64,000 bases of DNA from the human T2T-CHM13v2.0 reference genome, Homo sapiens (GCF_009914755.1 NC_060938.1), one strand, 5' to 3'; shown: positions 45,028 to 59,181, counted from the stretch's first letter. Program-made: numbers and translations. The notes: generated from the letters alone by a model not told the origin.

Positions 45028-45644
45028 TGTTGCCAAAAAGAGTCAACCTCTGTAAAAATATTTGAAGAGATTTATTCTGAGCCAAGTGTGAGTGACTGAT
45101 GGCCTGTGATACAACTCTTAGGAGATCCTGAGAACATGTGTCCAGGGTCGTCTGGCTACAACTTAGTTTTATACATTTAATACATTTTAGGGAGACATAA
45201 GATACCAGTCAGTACATGTAAGATGTACAGTGGTTTGGTCTGGAGAGGCAGGACAGCTCAAGACCTGGGGATGTTGTCATAGGCAGAATCAAAGATTTTC
45301 TGATTGGCAATTGGTTGAAAGAGTTATTATCTAAAGACCTGGAATCAATAGAAAGGAATGTCTGGGTTACAGTAAGGGGTTGTGGAGACCAAGGTTTTAT
45401 GCAGATGAAGCCTCCAGCCAGCAGGCTTCAGAGAAAATAGATTGTAAATGCTTCTCATCAGACTTAAGGAGCCTGTTTTAACAGTAATTCCAAAAGGGAG
45501 GGGAGTATAATGAGGAATGGCTGGCTCCCTCTTCCCACCATGGCCCGAACTAGCGTTTCAGGTTAACTTTGGAATACCCTTGACTGAGACGAGGGGTCCA
45601 TACAGATGGTTGGGGGGCTTAGGATGTTTTTTGTTTTGTTTCCA
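45028..45644 (-). mobile_element. Solo LTR, MER4A/MER4A1 type (ERV1)
   Basis: Minus strand TGGAAAC...CCTAAGCCCCCCAACC...AAAACCTTGGTCTCCACAACCCC...AATAAATCTCTTCAAATATTTTTACAGAG...CA matches my recollection of the MER4A consensus; flanks gaaag/taaag. Confidence 0.85.
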
Positions 45645-46757
45645 TAAAGCATCATAGTCTCTTAGTGCCCCACCTTCCTTGAGCCTGTCAAGCCATACTC
45701 TAGAATAGAGAATTTGGGGTCACCATCTTTGTGAAGCCCTTTCAAAACACCAGTAGACTTGCATTTTTTGTGTGGGCTTACATTATTTCAGTGATGGATT
45801 TGGGAGGAGTGGGGGCATCTCATTTCATTTGGATTTGATAGCCTTGTGGACCAAGATGCTCAAGGTCAATACACATGAACAGGTGAGGGTTGATGACCTA
45901 GGAGCAGTGGTCAGTGAGCGTGAGTGTACAGGGTGGGTAGCTAACCTAGACTGCAGGTGGCAGGTGTGATGGAGTCCAGGCTTAAACACAGCCTTGTCTT
46001 TTCCAGAGTCCCTGTCTGCTGAGCTCTTGCAGTGAGGCCATCCCTCTGTGAAGGTCTGTCACAGGAGGGAAGTGGGTCCCAGAGAGTAGAACTAGAGCTC
46101 TAGTAGATAGAAAAACAAATTAGGTTGAATGAAAGGAAGAACAGGATTTGGTGTTAGAAGCTTTAATTTATCTATCTGGTAAACCTGCAAAATAGGCATT
46201 ATTTACCCCATTTTATCGAAAGGAGGTCGACTGTAAGAGCTGGGACCCACAGTATTCTAAACTCAGGGCCCAACAAAGTGTCAGATGTGTAGCTTTGGGT
46301 GGATGAAGCACAGAAGTTCCAGAAGGGACTTGTGCTTCATGAAGCGGTGGTTGGAAGTGGTCCAGCCTGACTTAGGGAGAGTAGCAGAAGGAACACTAAC
46401 TTGCAACTCTGGCTAGGTTGTGTCCTTAACCTTTTTGAGCTTCAGTTTTCTCAGGAGCTACCGTCTGTTGCAAGGGGTCACTGTGAGGATGAAACTGGTA
46501 TTCCCCCAGGCACCATGAGCCTCTTCCAAGGCTTCTTCATCCTCTTCCCCACAGAACCTGGTCCTCCCCGACCCCACCCCTTCCCCTGAGGCCCACATGG
46601 CATGCTGCTCACCACCAGCCCTGCGTCCTACTTCCTGGCAGCCCCAAGCTCGCTCTTGACTTCACTCTGGAGCTTCTACAGGGGAGCCTTCCAACCTGCC
46701 CCAATGAGCCGTGGTCATTGCATGGAAGAAGCGAGAACACCGTAGGCCAGAGCAGGC

Positions 46758-46763
46758 TTTATT
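46758..46763 (-). terminator. RPS6KL1: RPS6KL1 proximal poly(A) signal AATAAA
   Basis: AATAAA on minus about 1.35 kb after the stop, followed by GU-rich sequence. Confidence 0.6.
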
Positions 46764-46951
46764 GGGGCCGTGTAAACCCCAGGGAGAGGCAGGACGTGGA
46801 CCACAGAGAGTCATGTACAGGCTGCGCTTTCACTTGTCTTCTCTGTCTCAGTCTCCTGAAGAGCCCGAGGAAGTCAAGTCTCCCCACCATGAGTGAGGGG
46901 TCTGGTCTGACAGTTGGGCCTTCAGAGCCAGGCACGTGGACCGTGTCAGAA

Positions 46952-46965
46952 GCGCCACCTGGTGG
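46952..46965 (-). promoter_or_regulatory. CTCF motif (reverse)
   Basis: Minus strand CCACCAGGTGGCGC, perfect consensus. Confidence 0.7.
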
Positions 46966-48113
46966 TGACTGGGATGCTGGCAGGGAGGAGCTGAGGGCAA
47001 AACTCTAGTGGAAATTTCCCAGGTCGGTCCCACGCCCCGGTGACAGGGTGAACCCTGAGAGGAGCCCCCAAACTGGAGGCAATTGTCTTTGAGGTAACCA
47101 CTCACCCCAGCTTTTCAGAGACCAGAGGCAAGACATTTCTGGCTAAGAGCCATGGATAGTTGTTCCATGCGTTTTGTGGTTTCTTATCCCAAAAGGGCAT
47201 GAAGTCACAGTAGGCAGTGACATGGTAAACAGCCAGGGCCTGAGAGGGAGTCCTGATGGGCACACCTTGTCTAAACTGCTTTGGCCTGGAAGCTGAATTG
47301 CTGTCCTCTTGCACCCCTGGGGCAGGCTGCCCCTCTTCCCCCACACAGGCCCACTGGGGAGGAGGACTCTTGATTCTGGTTTCAGACTTGCTCTAAGGGG
47401 CAGACCCATGCATTCCTTCCTCCCCCCATTACTCTTATTTTCTTCCCCTCCCTTTTGCTCTCCCAAGTCTGAAATCACAAGATAGGGGGCATGGTCAGGA
47501 ATCGGGGGTGGGGGGGTGGGGGTGGGGGTCATCCTGTCCCCTACCTCATCCCTCCCTGCACAACAGATGGCATCCCTGCTTCTGGGCCTCCCCAGCTGCA
47601 CGAACAGCTTCTGGTGGAAGAGGCCTACTCGCTGTGTGACTAAGAGGACTAGCCAGGACAGTCTGGTTTGGGTCCACTGAGCCAGTGGATCAGTGTCCTG
47701 AGATGAGTCTCCAGAGATGTCCTGAGTGGGGCACAACATGGCAGTGAGTGAGTCACAGAACCTCACAGTAGGGTGCAGCAGGTGGTCAACAGCTCAGCGC
47801 CAGTGCCACAGAAGGCAACCTTTAACATGGTGAGTCCACATGCTCAACGGGTCTGTTGACTGATGGGTAGATGGTTCAAGCTGCTTAGCAGGGCAAGCCT
47901 TGACTGCCCCCACCTCCAGCTTTTCCAGGAGCTGGCCCTTCCTGGGTGGTGGCCATAATTCTGAGGCCCCAGTGGGAGCCCAGCAGGACAGACAGTGCCC
48001 TCCATTCCTCGCCCAAAGCCCGCTGATAGAGGGCCAGCCCTGGGTTGGGTGTCAGGCAAGGAGGAGAGGCGATCCAGACCAGGCCAGCTGCTTCCGTCAC
48101 CCGCTCTGCCCTC

Positions 48114-48224
48114 TTACCCCACCAGCTTGCTCCATTGGATGGTACTGAAAAAGGGATGGGACTTGAGTTTGCTGACACCACCTTCTCCCATGCCCAGGCG
48201 CCGGGTAGGCTCGAACTGCAGCAG
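48114..48224 (-). CDS. RPS6KL1: RPS6KL1 coding exon 10 ([11 protein letters not shown]...HPFF...KLVG*)
   Basis: ctgcag|; AGC-like RLG/HPFF motifs; TAA at 48116-48114. Confidence 0.94.
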   Translation of the reverse strand: MLQFEPTRRLGMGEGGVSKLKSHPFFSTIQWSKLVG

Positions 48225-48534
48225 CTGCAGAGAGAGGCCCAGTCAGCTGGGCCACTCCAGCTGTGGAGGCATGGGGTGACCTCCAGGGACTCCAACCACT
48301 ATGGCCTCTAGGGGGCCTGCTCCCTGGCAGCCTGGCCCACAGAACCCCCATTTTACCCTGGGAACATTGGTGGTGGTTGGCCACCAACATATAGAAATGT
48401 GTTGCCCCTACTGCCCTCTGCACCCACATCAGACACTGAGCACGAAGCACACGTGGTTCAGACACAGTTCTGTGCCCCTCCCAGCACCTTCCTCAGGCTA
48501 GGCAGCTGCTTCCTCTGGCCGGGCTACACCTCAC

Positions 48535-48630
48535 CTCAGTCAGCAGAGAGGCCGCTGGGCGACTGAGCCACTCGGGCAGCTGGAGCTGGGTGTGGGCCTG
48601 GATTCCTGAAGGGTGGCTCTGGGACAGTGC
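48535..48630 (-). CDS. RPS6KL1: RPS6KL1 coding exon 9 (ALSQSHPSG...LLTE)
   Basis: tcccag| ... |gtgagg. Confidence 0.94.
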
Positions 48631-49949
48631 CTGGGAGGACACAGGGAAGGGCCTCTGAGGAGGCAACCCCAGGACCGTCTACACTCCAGTGGCAGCCAGG
48701 ATTTTTTTTCCCCATGTCACAGCCCATGAGGAGGATGACAATAATGATAGTTGCTACAGCCAGACACAGTGCCTGATGGCTAAGCAGTGCCTTTATGTTA
48801 TCCACGAAAGGCAAGAAACAGGCCCAGAGAGGTAAAGGGACTTGTGCTGAGTTCAGGGTTTGAACCTAGGTCTCTTGGCTCCAAGCTTGCTAGAAGCAAC
48901 TATCTTGGGTTGCAATCAGGGCAGGCACTCTTGGGAATAGTGATGGAACTTGTCTCCTTATTTTAAAAATCCACACGGGCTGTTCATTTGGCAGCAGGCC
49001 ATGGCATGCTACCATCGGGGCCAAGGCAGCGGCGTGGCAATAAAAGAAAATAGGACCTCTCCACACCCCAGAAAGGCACAGCTTTGAGGAGCAGAGGGTC
49101 TGTCTGGAGGGAAGTATGAGCTTCCAGGAACCCCCAGGAGGAAGGCCAAGAGCTCTGGGCTGGAGAGGTGGGAGGAGACAGGAAAAGAGAGAGCCACTCT
49201 GGGGGAAATTGCAGCCAGGACTTTCGGGACCCCGTGCCATGGGACGAAAGCAGGAGGGAGCCTGGATGGACTGGTCAGCTCTGGACTTCAGTTCACGCTG
49301 CATCCATTTCGGCTATTTCCTGCTCAAATGCAATTTGGCCTCCCCCTTGCTGCCTACATAACTGGCCTCAGTTGCAGTGTTCAGCTCATGAGGGGAGGAC
49401 AGAAGGCAGAGCCATCAACTGTTCCCAAGAGTGCCTGCTCTGATTGCAACCTGCAAACACAGGTTCCCGGAGTGTTTGCAGGGGGATCTTTTGAGCTCTT
49501 GGCTGACCCAGGCTGGACAGGGCAGCTGCTTGCCTGGGTGAAAGAGCCCCTCTCTCCCATCCTCCAGCTAAGGTCTGGGGGTGACAGCCAACGAGGTCAT
49601 GGGTGGGAGGAGTGAACAGCGGGCTCAGGATGATTGAACAGCCTTCCAGGGAAGAAGGGCTGTGTCACATTCCGCGCTTCCTCCAAATCTGACACCACCT
49701 GGGCCCAGGCTCTCTGGCAGAAACCTTCCCTGACCATCCCACTCTACTCGTATTCATAGAAGTTGACAGTCTCCTTAGCTATAGCCAACTAATGTGTTGG
49801 GAGTGCTAAGTGTGTCCCTGGCTTCGGGGGCAGTTGTGCTGGTAGGACAGCCAGGCAGTCTCTGCCCAGACTGGCTGGATGGACTAAGCCTGGCCCATCC
49901 CACACTCAGTGGCACCCACCAGGGCACTACACCCAGCCCAGCCACTCAC

Positions 49950-50032
49950 CATTCCCGTCAGCAGTTCATACAGTAGAGACCCAAAGCTCCACCAGTCACA
50001 GGCTTCCGTCAGCTCGGAAATCCCACCCACCT
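49950..50032 (-). CDS. RPS6KL1: RPS6KL1 coding exon 8 ([28 protein letters not shown])
   Basis: ccacag| ... |gtgagt; kinase subdomain IX DWWSFG. Confidence 0.95.
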
Positions 50033-50200
50033 CTGTGGGAACAAGAACACAGGTGTCCCAGCCTCACCTAAGAGGGCCTCTTCCATTCTCCTCAGCCTAC
50101 CCAGACACCACCCACCCGCTCTGTCATTCTCAGACTCTGGGCACAACCCACACAAAGGCACCCAGGTGCTAAGGCCCACCCTGGCCTCCCCCCTTCTTGC

Positions 50201-50290
50201 CTGGGGCGCTGTAGAGATTGTCCACGGCCTCCCCGCAGCACTGGGGCTCCACCTCTGACCACTGGCCAAAATATGTGAGCCGGATGTGAC
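50201..50290 (-). CDS. RPS6KL1: RPS6KL1 coding exon 7 ([10 protein letters not shown]...YSAP), GAG acceptor and GC donor
   Basis: ctggag| ... CCAG|GCaaga. Confidence 0.88.
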
Positions 50291-50642
50291 CTCCAGTGTG
50301 TGGGAGGAAAAAGGAGGGGACAGATTGAGGACAGCTGATACAGGGGAGGGGGTTGCAGGGCTTCCCCCAACAGTCATGCGGTAGGAGCCAATGGCCTTGC
50401 TGGGCAGAAACTCGGCAGGGGCACAGCACCCTCCACAGAGGCACAGCACTCTGAGGCCCACAGAGCCCACAGGGTACTCCCAGGAGCCTCGGCCAACAGA
50501 CTCCAGCCTAGGCCCCCTGAAAGGCTGGCTGGGGCCAGGGAGGAGCAGACAACCTTGGAGGTCCCCTCGACTTTGGGGATCTCTCGTCCTCTGCCTGGAC
50601 GCTTTGGGGGCCACCCCACTGAGGGGTGAGGAGGGCACCTAC

Positions 50643-51248
50643 CTGCCTGGTCCAGGAGCAGGTTCCCGGGGTGGAGGTCCCGGCACAGCACCCCCTGCTC
50701 GTGCAGCGCCTCCAGCGCTACCAGCATCTCTGCCGCCCACTGCTTCACCTGCTCCTCTCTCACACTCCAGGTGGCCCTGCCACAGCCCCGGCCGGCCCCA
50801 TCTGCTGACAGGCAGCTCTGATCCATGCCTCGGCCACAGCCCCCTAGCACCGGGCCGGCCCCCTCAGGAACCCAAGTGAGCCCCCGAGGGGGCCCAGCGT
50901 CTGAGTTCTGGCCAGCCCTCCTAGCTTGAAGGTGCAGGTGGCCACCTGGGGCCTTTGGAAGGTCCGAGGAGCCAGAGGTGCTGGTCCTGGCTGTGGGTTC
51001 ACCTTCAGCCTCCCTCTGGGGTCTGGTGGATGGGGCCTCCCCAGCTAGGAGAAGGTTCGGAGAAGTCCTAGGAGGCTCCAGGGCGATTCTGTCCTGGCCA
51101 GGGGCATGGCCTGAGGGAAGCCTCGCTGGGGTCAGGAGGTTGAGGTGGGGGTTGAGCTGAGCCTTCATCCTCTCCTGGGTAGAGCCAGAGCTGAGCCCAG
51201 AATGTCGGGAGTGCGCCTGGGAGAGCAGGTGGGACCAGAGAGTGCCTC
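50643..51248 (-). CDS. RPS6KL1: RPS6KL1 coding exon 6 (GTLWSHLL...[14 protein letters not shown])
   Basis: gcccag| ... |gtaggt; contains a long low-complexity insert and the catalytic loop. Confidence 0.93.
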
Positions 51249-51762
51249 CTGGGCCATGCAGAGGGAGCGGTGAGCGTGGGGACAGGGAGAAAAAGAGTAT
51301 GGATGCCAGGGCCGGCTCCCACTCCTGCCTCCCTTCTGTCTTGGGCGCAGACTTTCCGCCTCTGGGTGTCCTGGCCTAGTTCAGCCCCTCACCTCTGCTC
51401 CCTCCCACCCCTCAGCTTAGAATGCCCTCTGCCCTCCTCTTGACCCAACTAAAGTGGGCCCAGCCTTACAAACTGGCACACCACCGAGAGATGTCCAGCA
51501 CTATCAGTGTCTGTGGTTTGGGTGGTGGGTTCACTAGTGTGAACACTGTTTTTAGGGAGACCGATATAAAGAAATTTAAAGAAAAGTCAGGCACACACTT
51601 ATGATGACTATATGTCATGACCCCAGATGTGCACCTCACTTTAAAAAGTCATCAATACAACCATCAGTATCTGCTACATGGCCCAGTTCCTGTCCTCATA
51701 ACTTCAGTCACCACCACCCTGTCTGGCCACTCCCAAGGGATCGGCACAACCCGGAAAAATGA

Positions 51763-52480
<718 letters not shown>

Positions 52481-52673
52481 CTGGGAGCAGCAGGGCAGGC
52501 AGATCAGCCGGGGACAGGCCAGAGACTGCTGCTGTTAGGGGACCTCCTAGCCCTGGCTTCAGGGGCACCCGAATGAGGGTGAAGCAACTGCCTCCCTCAG
52601 TTCCTGACCTGTCCTTACCCCCACTGCCCCTGTAGAATCTGGGTCCTCCACCCTCTAGCCAAAGAGGGGGCAG

Positions 52674-52736
52674 TGTGTGTGCATGTGTGTTTGTGTGTAT
52701 GTGTATGTGTATGTGTGTGTGCGCATGCATGTGTGT
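52674..52736. repeat. Imperfect (TG)n/(TATGTG)n repeat
   Basis: Direct observation. Confidence 0.85.
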
Positions 52737-52887
52737 CCATCTGGAAAGTGGGGCATGTTCAGGCAGAACAACCAGCTTTTGTGGGAGGGAGTGCAGGCTT
52801 CAAATGCAGGTTCTGGGTAGGAGTTTCCAAGAGCCCTGAGAAAGATCCAAGGGGAATGCAGAGTGGCAGGGGCAGGGTGGCACCTGC

Positions 52888-52935
52888 CTTCACCACAAAG
52901 GTCCCTCCGGTTGCCGGGTCCTGGACCAGCTGCAC
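52888..52935 (-). CDS. RPS6KL1: RPS6KL1 coding exon 4 (VQLVQDPATGGTFVVK), GC donor
   Basis: tggcag| ... AAG|GCaggt; the frame requires the GC donor. Confidence 0.88.
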
Positions 52936-53438
52936 CTGCCAAAGTCCAAGAGGCACTGGTTAAGGCAGGTACTAGCTCCTGGGGCTCCGTGACCCCAGCC
53001 TGACCCCCTCCCAGGTTCCTCCACTGAGGCTGACTCACTCCAGTGGCAGGGCAGGGAGGGCGGGCTTTGGTGGCACTCCTGAAGCAGACATCGATCCTAT
53101 CCTGCTCACCCACCCCTGCTAGACCTGTGGTCTCAGATGCTGCCTCCTCCAGGAAGCCTTCCCAAGATTACAGGGGCTGGGGTCCCTAATCTGCCTCCAA
53201 TGCTCTCTTAGTTCACCCTTAGGAGAGCCTCTTCACACTGTCTAATCTGTCTCCCACTGGACTGTGAGCTCAGTATTCCCGGAGCCCTGCACAGTGCAGG
53301 GATGTAGTAGGTGCTAGACACATGCACTGTGAGCAGCCCGGGCCTTGGCTCACTGTGTGCGTGGTGGGCATGCGAGCAGAATGCCCTGCCCTCTCCCTGC
53401 CCACGCTGGGCCAGGCCTCATGCCACCTGACGGGAGGG

Positions 53439-53550
53439 CTGAGAAGCCCTGTTCCACCTGGACCCCAGAGATCAGCTGAGAAGCCCTGTTCCACCTGGAC
53501 CCCAGAGATCAACTGAGAAGCCCTGTTCCAACTGGACCTCCAGAGATCAA
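53439..53550. repeat. Minisatellite, 3 x 37-bp unit (ctgagaagccctgttccacctggaccccagagatca[g/a])
   Basis: Units at 53439-53475, 53476-53512 and 53513-53550. Confidence 0.92.
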
Positions 53551-53769
53551 CCCCTCACCCAAGGCCTTAGCTAGAGCCCCAACATCCTGCAGGGTCTGAG
53601 GTGTCATGGCTGGAAGGGACCTCAGAGCCAGTCACTTCCTCTGATCTCTTGTTTTACAACTGAGGAAGCCGCAGCTCTGAGGTGACTCCAGGTCTCCCCA
53701 GCGCAGCCATGTTGTGTGGGCTTGGCACGCTGCGTTCAGGCCTTTTTCCCACTCCACTCCACCCCCTTC

Positions 53770-53862
53770 ATTTACACACACCCCCATGACACAAGTTTAT
53801 CTATGTGAAAAACCTGCACATGTACTCCTGACTGCAAATAAAAATTTAAAATAAATAAGTAA
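53770..53862 (+). mobile_element. Short L1PA 3'-end fragment
   Basis: cccccatgacacaagtttatctatgtgaaaaacctgcacatgtactcctga...aaataaaa. Confidence 0.8.
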
Positions 53863-54368
53863 AGTCCGCTTGAGAGGCCGTCTTTGGAGAGCAGCCTCTC
53901 CTTCTTGTGTTGGTTTCCATTAGAGGCAGACGCTGTCAATCGCAAGGTCAGGGCCATGTTTGGAGTTGGGCCCTTGACTCATCTGCATGGTGGGCAGGGG
54001 CGGGCCCCAGCATAGGAGCGGGCACATGGGTACGTCGAGGGCGGGAAGGCAGAGGATTCAGCCCAGGTGAGGGCATGTGGAGGCAAGGCCAGCACCCTGG
54101 GGTTGTGACTCCTTGGCTGTTGGCCTGCCCTGCGGACATTCCCCAGGGAGGCTGTGGCCAGCCATGGTCGGGGTGGGAACTGGGCCCTGAGGCCAGGCTG
54201 CTGGGCAGTGAGGAAGGCCACAGCTTGGGATCAGGGTAGGGGAAGGGGCACTGGGCTTCGATCCTGGGCAAATTGAATTGATTTTCTCATCTACCAACCA
54301 GGAATTCCAAATGCCTACCTTCCCTACATCTCTGGATTGTTGAAGCCATTCTGAAAGCCCTTGGTGAG

Positions 54369-54682
54369 GGCCAGGTGTGGTGGCTTATGCCTGTAATCCC
54401 TGTAATTTGGGAGGCCAAGGCGGGTGGATCACCTGAGGTCAGGAGTTCAAGACCAGCCTGGCCAACATGGTGAAACCTCGTCTCTACTAAAAATACAAAA
54501 ATTAGCTGGGCATAGTGGTGCCCGCCTGTAATCCCAGCTACCTGGGAAGCTGAAGTAGGATAATCACTTGAACTCAGGAGGCAGAGTTGCAGTGAGCCTA
54601 GATCAAGCCACTGCACTCTAGTCTGGGCAACAGAGACAGACTCCATCTCAAAAACAAAACAAAACAACAAAAAACAAAAAAC
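54369..54682 (+). mobile_element. AluS
   Basis: TSD gaaagcccttggtgag. Confidence 0.93.
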
Positions 54683-55797
54683 CAAGAAAGCCCTTGGTGA
54701 GTGGAAAGGCTGTGAGAATGTCAGTGATCACATCTGCCAAGTCACATGGCCTCTCTGAACCTTGCTCTTTTTAAGTACAAAACGGGGTCATAGCAGCACT
54801 TCCTTCAGGGGGTCCTGAAGAGGATTCTGTTAAAGCAGGCAATTCAGGCAGAGCAGCAGCCTGCACCTGCCGCAGAACACACCCTTGATAACCTGTCGTG
54901 ATTATTACCAGTGTCATCCGAGGGGAAGCCCACCCTGGCTGTAAAGTGGTTACTCTGTGCTAAGCACTTTACATAGGTTGTTTAATTTTATCCCCACAAT
55001 CCTGCCAAAATTCAGGCCTGAGCCTCAGAGAGGTTATGTTGCCTACTGTCCCACTGCTAAAAAGTGGTCAAGTCAGGACCTGAACCCAGACAGGCTGATC
55101 CCGGAGCCCTGCAGACTTTACTGGAACTGGGGGCACAACCAGGTGACCCTGGCAATGGCCTTCCCTCCTGAGCCTGTTTCTCCATCATCAGTGAAAGGAA
55201 GGCAGTGGACTAGATGAGAGCGCCCAGGACCCTTTTCTCAGCAGGAGCGAGGTGTCCTCTCCAACCACCAGAGGTCTCTCCTCCAACAGCCAGAGACCGA
55301 GTCCAGCCTGGGCTTGGCTCCCTGACCAAACTTGTGCAATGTTAGAAAAAGCAAGGAAGAAAACTCTGGAGTCATTTAGGAGAACAGAGTTTCCCACAAA
55401 TCCTGACACCCCAGATAATTCCCCACTGTCCCTTGCCAAGTGGGATTCCCCACCACCTGGTCCTGGGCAAGGGCCTGTAACTGACAGAGTCCAAAAAAAC
55501 TAGCGAAGGAGGGAAGGCTGAGGAGGCCAGAAATAAACCTTGATCCATACACTGAAAGATTTCTGTTAAAAACATATTAAAACCAACCTCAGTATTCAGA
55601 AATAATTAGACTAAAACATTAACAGTGATTATCTTGGAGTTCGGCAGGATTCAGGGGATTTTCTTTTTCTTCTCCTTTTTCTTTCATTATATTTCAAAAG
55701 GGCAGCAAAGCAGCAGGCATTTTCCCATTCATCCAACCAAACAAGAAACTCCTTTTACTCAGTGGTTTGGAGGATGGAGGACTGTCTAGTGCCTTGA

Positions 55798-56109
<312 letters not shown>

Positions 56110-56159
56110 TGACTTCTTTGAACCTCAGTTTAATTCTCTGTAGGACAAGTATTAAAATG

Positions 56160-56357
56160 CAGCACTGTCCAATTGAACTTCTTATCATGATGGCAGGATT
56201 ATATGTCTGCACTGTCCAATATGGAAGCCAGTAGCCACATGGGGCCATTGAGCACTTGAAATGTGACTGGTGCAACTGAGACACAGATGACTTCATTTTA
56301 ATGAATATGAATGCACAGAGGCTTATGTGCCTAGTGACTACTGTGTTGAACAGCACC
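56160..56357. mobile_element. MER3-type hAT element
   Basis: cagcactgtccaat...ctgtccaatatggaagccagtagccacatg...gagcacttgaaatgtg...ttgaacagcac. Confidence 0.8.
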
Positions 56358-57189
56358 CTATAAGGCTTCGTTCCCCCATGGTGACTGTGAGGATTTAATG
56401 CCACAGCTCTGTAAATGAGAAGGTTCCATACAACTGTCGGGTGAGCCTTCCATTTGGGAAGATGGAAGGCAGTTCTGAGTGCTTTCTCTCACCTTTTAAA
56501 AAAGAGCAATTGTTTTAAATAAAGAGACCCACTGAATTCTTGGGACAGAGGGACAATTAAAGCTTTGGTGAAACACGGTAAACCTTTTCTTTAAAGATGC
56601 ACAAAGTATCAAAATCCCAGGAGGACTCTCCCATGGAACAAACAAGCCTAAAGGTTTCAAACAAGTTCTTAAACTCAAAGGTCCACAGGGGCCAGGCATG
56701 TGAGCAAATAGGCAGGGTGGAGGCGCAGAAAGGAGGGCTGGTGCCCCGTCTAAGGCAGGCATCTCCTCCTCCACTCCCTGCTGCCACAGGGGAATGGGAG
56801 GCCAGCGTTTCCAGATCTGATTTTTTCAAGAGAAGCAGGAAATCTGGACTTTTATAAGAATCTGCACATTTTCAAATGTTGGTAACAACTAAAAAAACCC
56901 AAAAAACAAACAACAAAAAAAACACCCCTGTGTTTAAGCCAAATAAAAGAAGAAGTGACTTGGATGACCTTCTTTTTCTTCCTCCACCCTGTCTCAGAGC
57001 CTGGCTCCTGCACGAGGCTCAGCAAATACCCGGTGATGTCTCCCTGGCCCCCAGGCTCTGAGGCCAGGCCCTTGGGTATTCTGGCTGCTTGCCAAGTCCC
57101 GACCCACCCACCTCACTGCTCCCTGCCACCATCTCTTCAGCCCTTAGTTATCCTAACAGCCGGACACGTTAGGGGTCACTCAAGCATCA

Positions 57190-57804
<615 letters not shown>

Positions 57805-59181
57805 TTAATTTGTGCTTTCCATCTGCAGGGGCCTCGAAACACTGGATTCCTAAACCACTTTCCTGAGGCTAAACAAGTTTGGGGAATTCTGTGTCACAGT
57901 GTACATCTGCACCTAAACACTCTAAGAACTCCGATCATTAAGAAACAAAGCCATATAACTTCAACTCGCTGTTTTCCTATCATACTCAGCTCAGAACCCC
58001 TCTCACCACAACACCTATGGTTCAGCGGGATCGTACCGGGAGGCACGGTGTCAGTCACCTCCCGGCCAGTCCCTGGGAACGGCTGTGCTCAGCCAAGGTT
58101 GGGTCGTGGCCACTGACACTCAAGCAGTGGGGAGGGGACCGTGGCAGATGGAAGCTGGCAGGGCCTGCGCTGACAGTCTGGGACCTGCCCCAGGGACCCA
58201 GGAGAAGCAGCTGGAGTAAGGCCCGGGAGCAGAAGCCTGCGTGCCTCCCAGCTCACTCCTGTCACTTGTATTTAGAGCCATCAAGCACGTACTCAGTGTC
58301 ACAGCATGTGCCAGGTCTTTCCCCAAAATTGTTTTGTTTTACCTCCCAGATCACCCCATTGGGGGAGAATTCTCATCTCACTTTCCAGAGGAAGAAACCA
58401 CAGCTCAGAGAGCAGGGGGCTTGCCCGTGGCCACCCGGGGTGGTGCCCAGCGCGGGGCCTTCCCTCAGGCAGCATGTCATCCTCTTGCCTGTGGGAAGTA
58501 CAGGACTGTCTCCTTTTCTCTGTGGGCCCCCAGATCTACCAAAATCACCCAGTGAGTATGTTAAATAACAGATTCTTGGGCATCTGTATTTTTAGGAAGC
58601 TCTCCATTTAGCCAGCTTGGTAAAGAACTTCTTGGGTGACTATTCCAGGGTTCAGGGGAAGAGGGGAACCTCATACTGGCTGGACTCTGATTTGACCTCA
58701 TTGTCTGTCCTTCTAATCAGAAGCACTCTAACAATGAGTGCCCCGAGTAAGGGTTGGGACGTCGCCTCCTATCTTCTTGTCTGCCCTGAATAAGGCAAAG
58801 CATGCGAGATAGCATTGGGACAGGGTAAAGTTACAGTTAGGTCAGGAGAGGAAAAAAAGGGCAGACTTGCCAAGGCCCTGGGCAAGGACGGGCCAGAACG
58901 GGCCCTCTCTGGACAGGTTTCTGGAGTTGAGCACGTCCCAGCCGCAGGAAGTCCCCAGCTGTGCTCGGTAGAGCGTCTTGGCTGCAGCCCTGGGGTTCAG
59001 GGTGAGTGTGGTGGGGGTGCTGTGGGAAGCGGGAAGTGGGAGTGAGCAGGGCCTCGAGGACTGGCAGGGTGCCCTGGGCATAGCTCCTCGCTCCTCCTGC
59101 AGTTTCTGTCCCAACTCTCCCAAGGAGCAGGTTTTCTGGATCTGAGCTGCAGGGCTGTGGAAAGGGCCTGTCTGCCTCTTC

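Noticed and set aside
52659-52674. Additional CTCF-like words (ccaaagagggggcag; also ctgcaggtggcag near 45951 and 60977)
   Set aside because: Several mismatches in the 5' core; too weak to call without data.
53439-53550. 37-bp repeats of CRISPR-like length
   Set aside because: Head-to-tail units with no spacers, no cas genes, eukaryotic context; it is a minisatellite.
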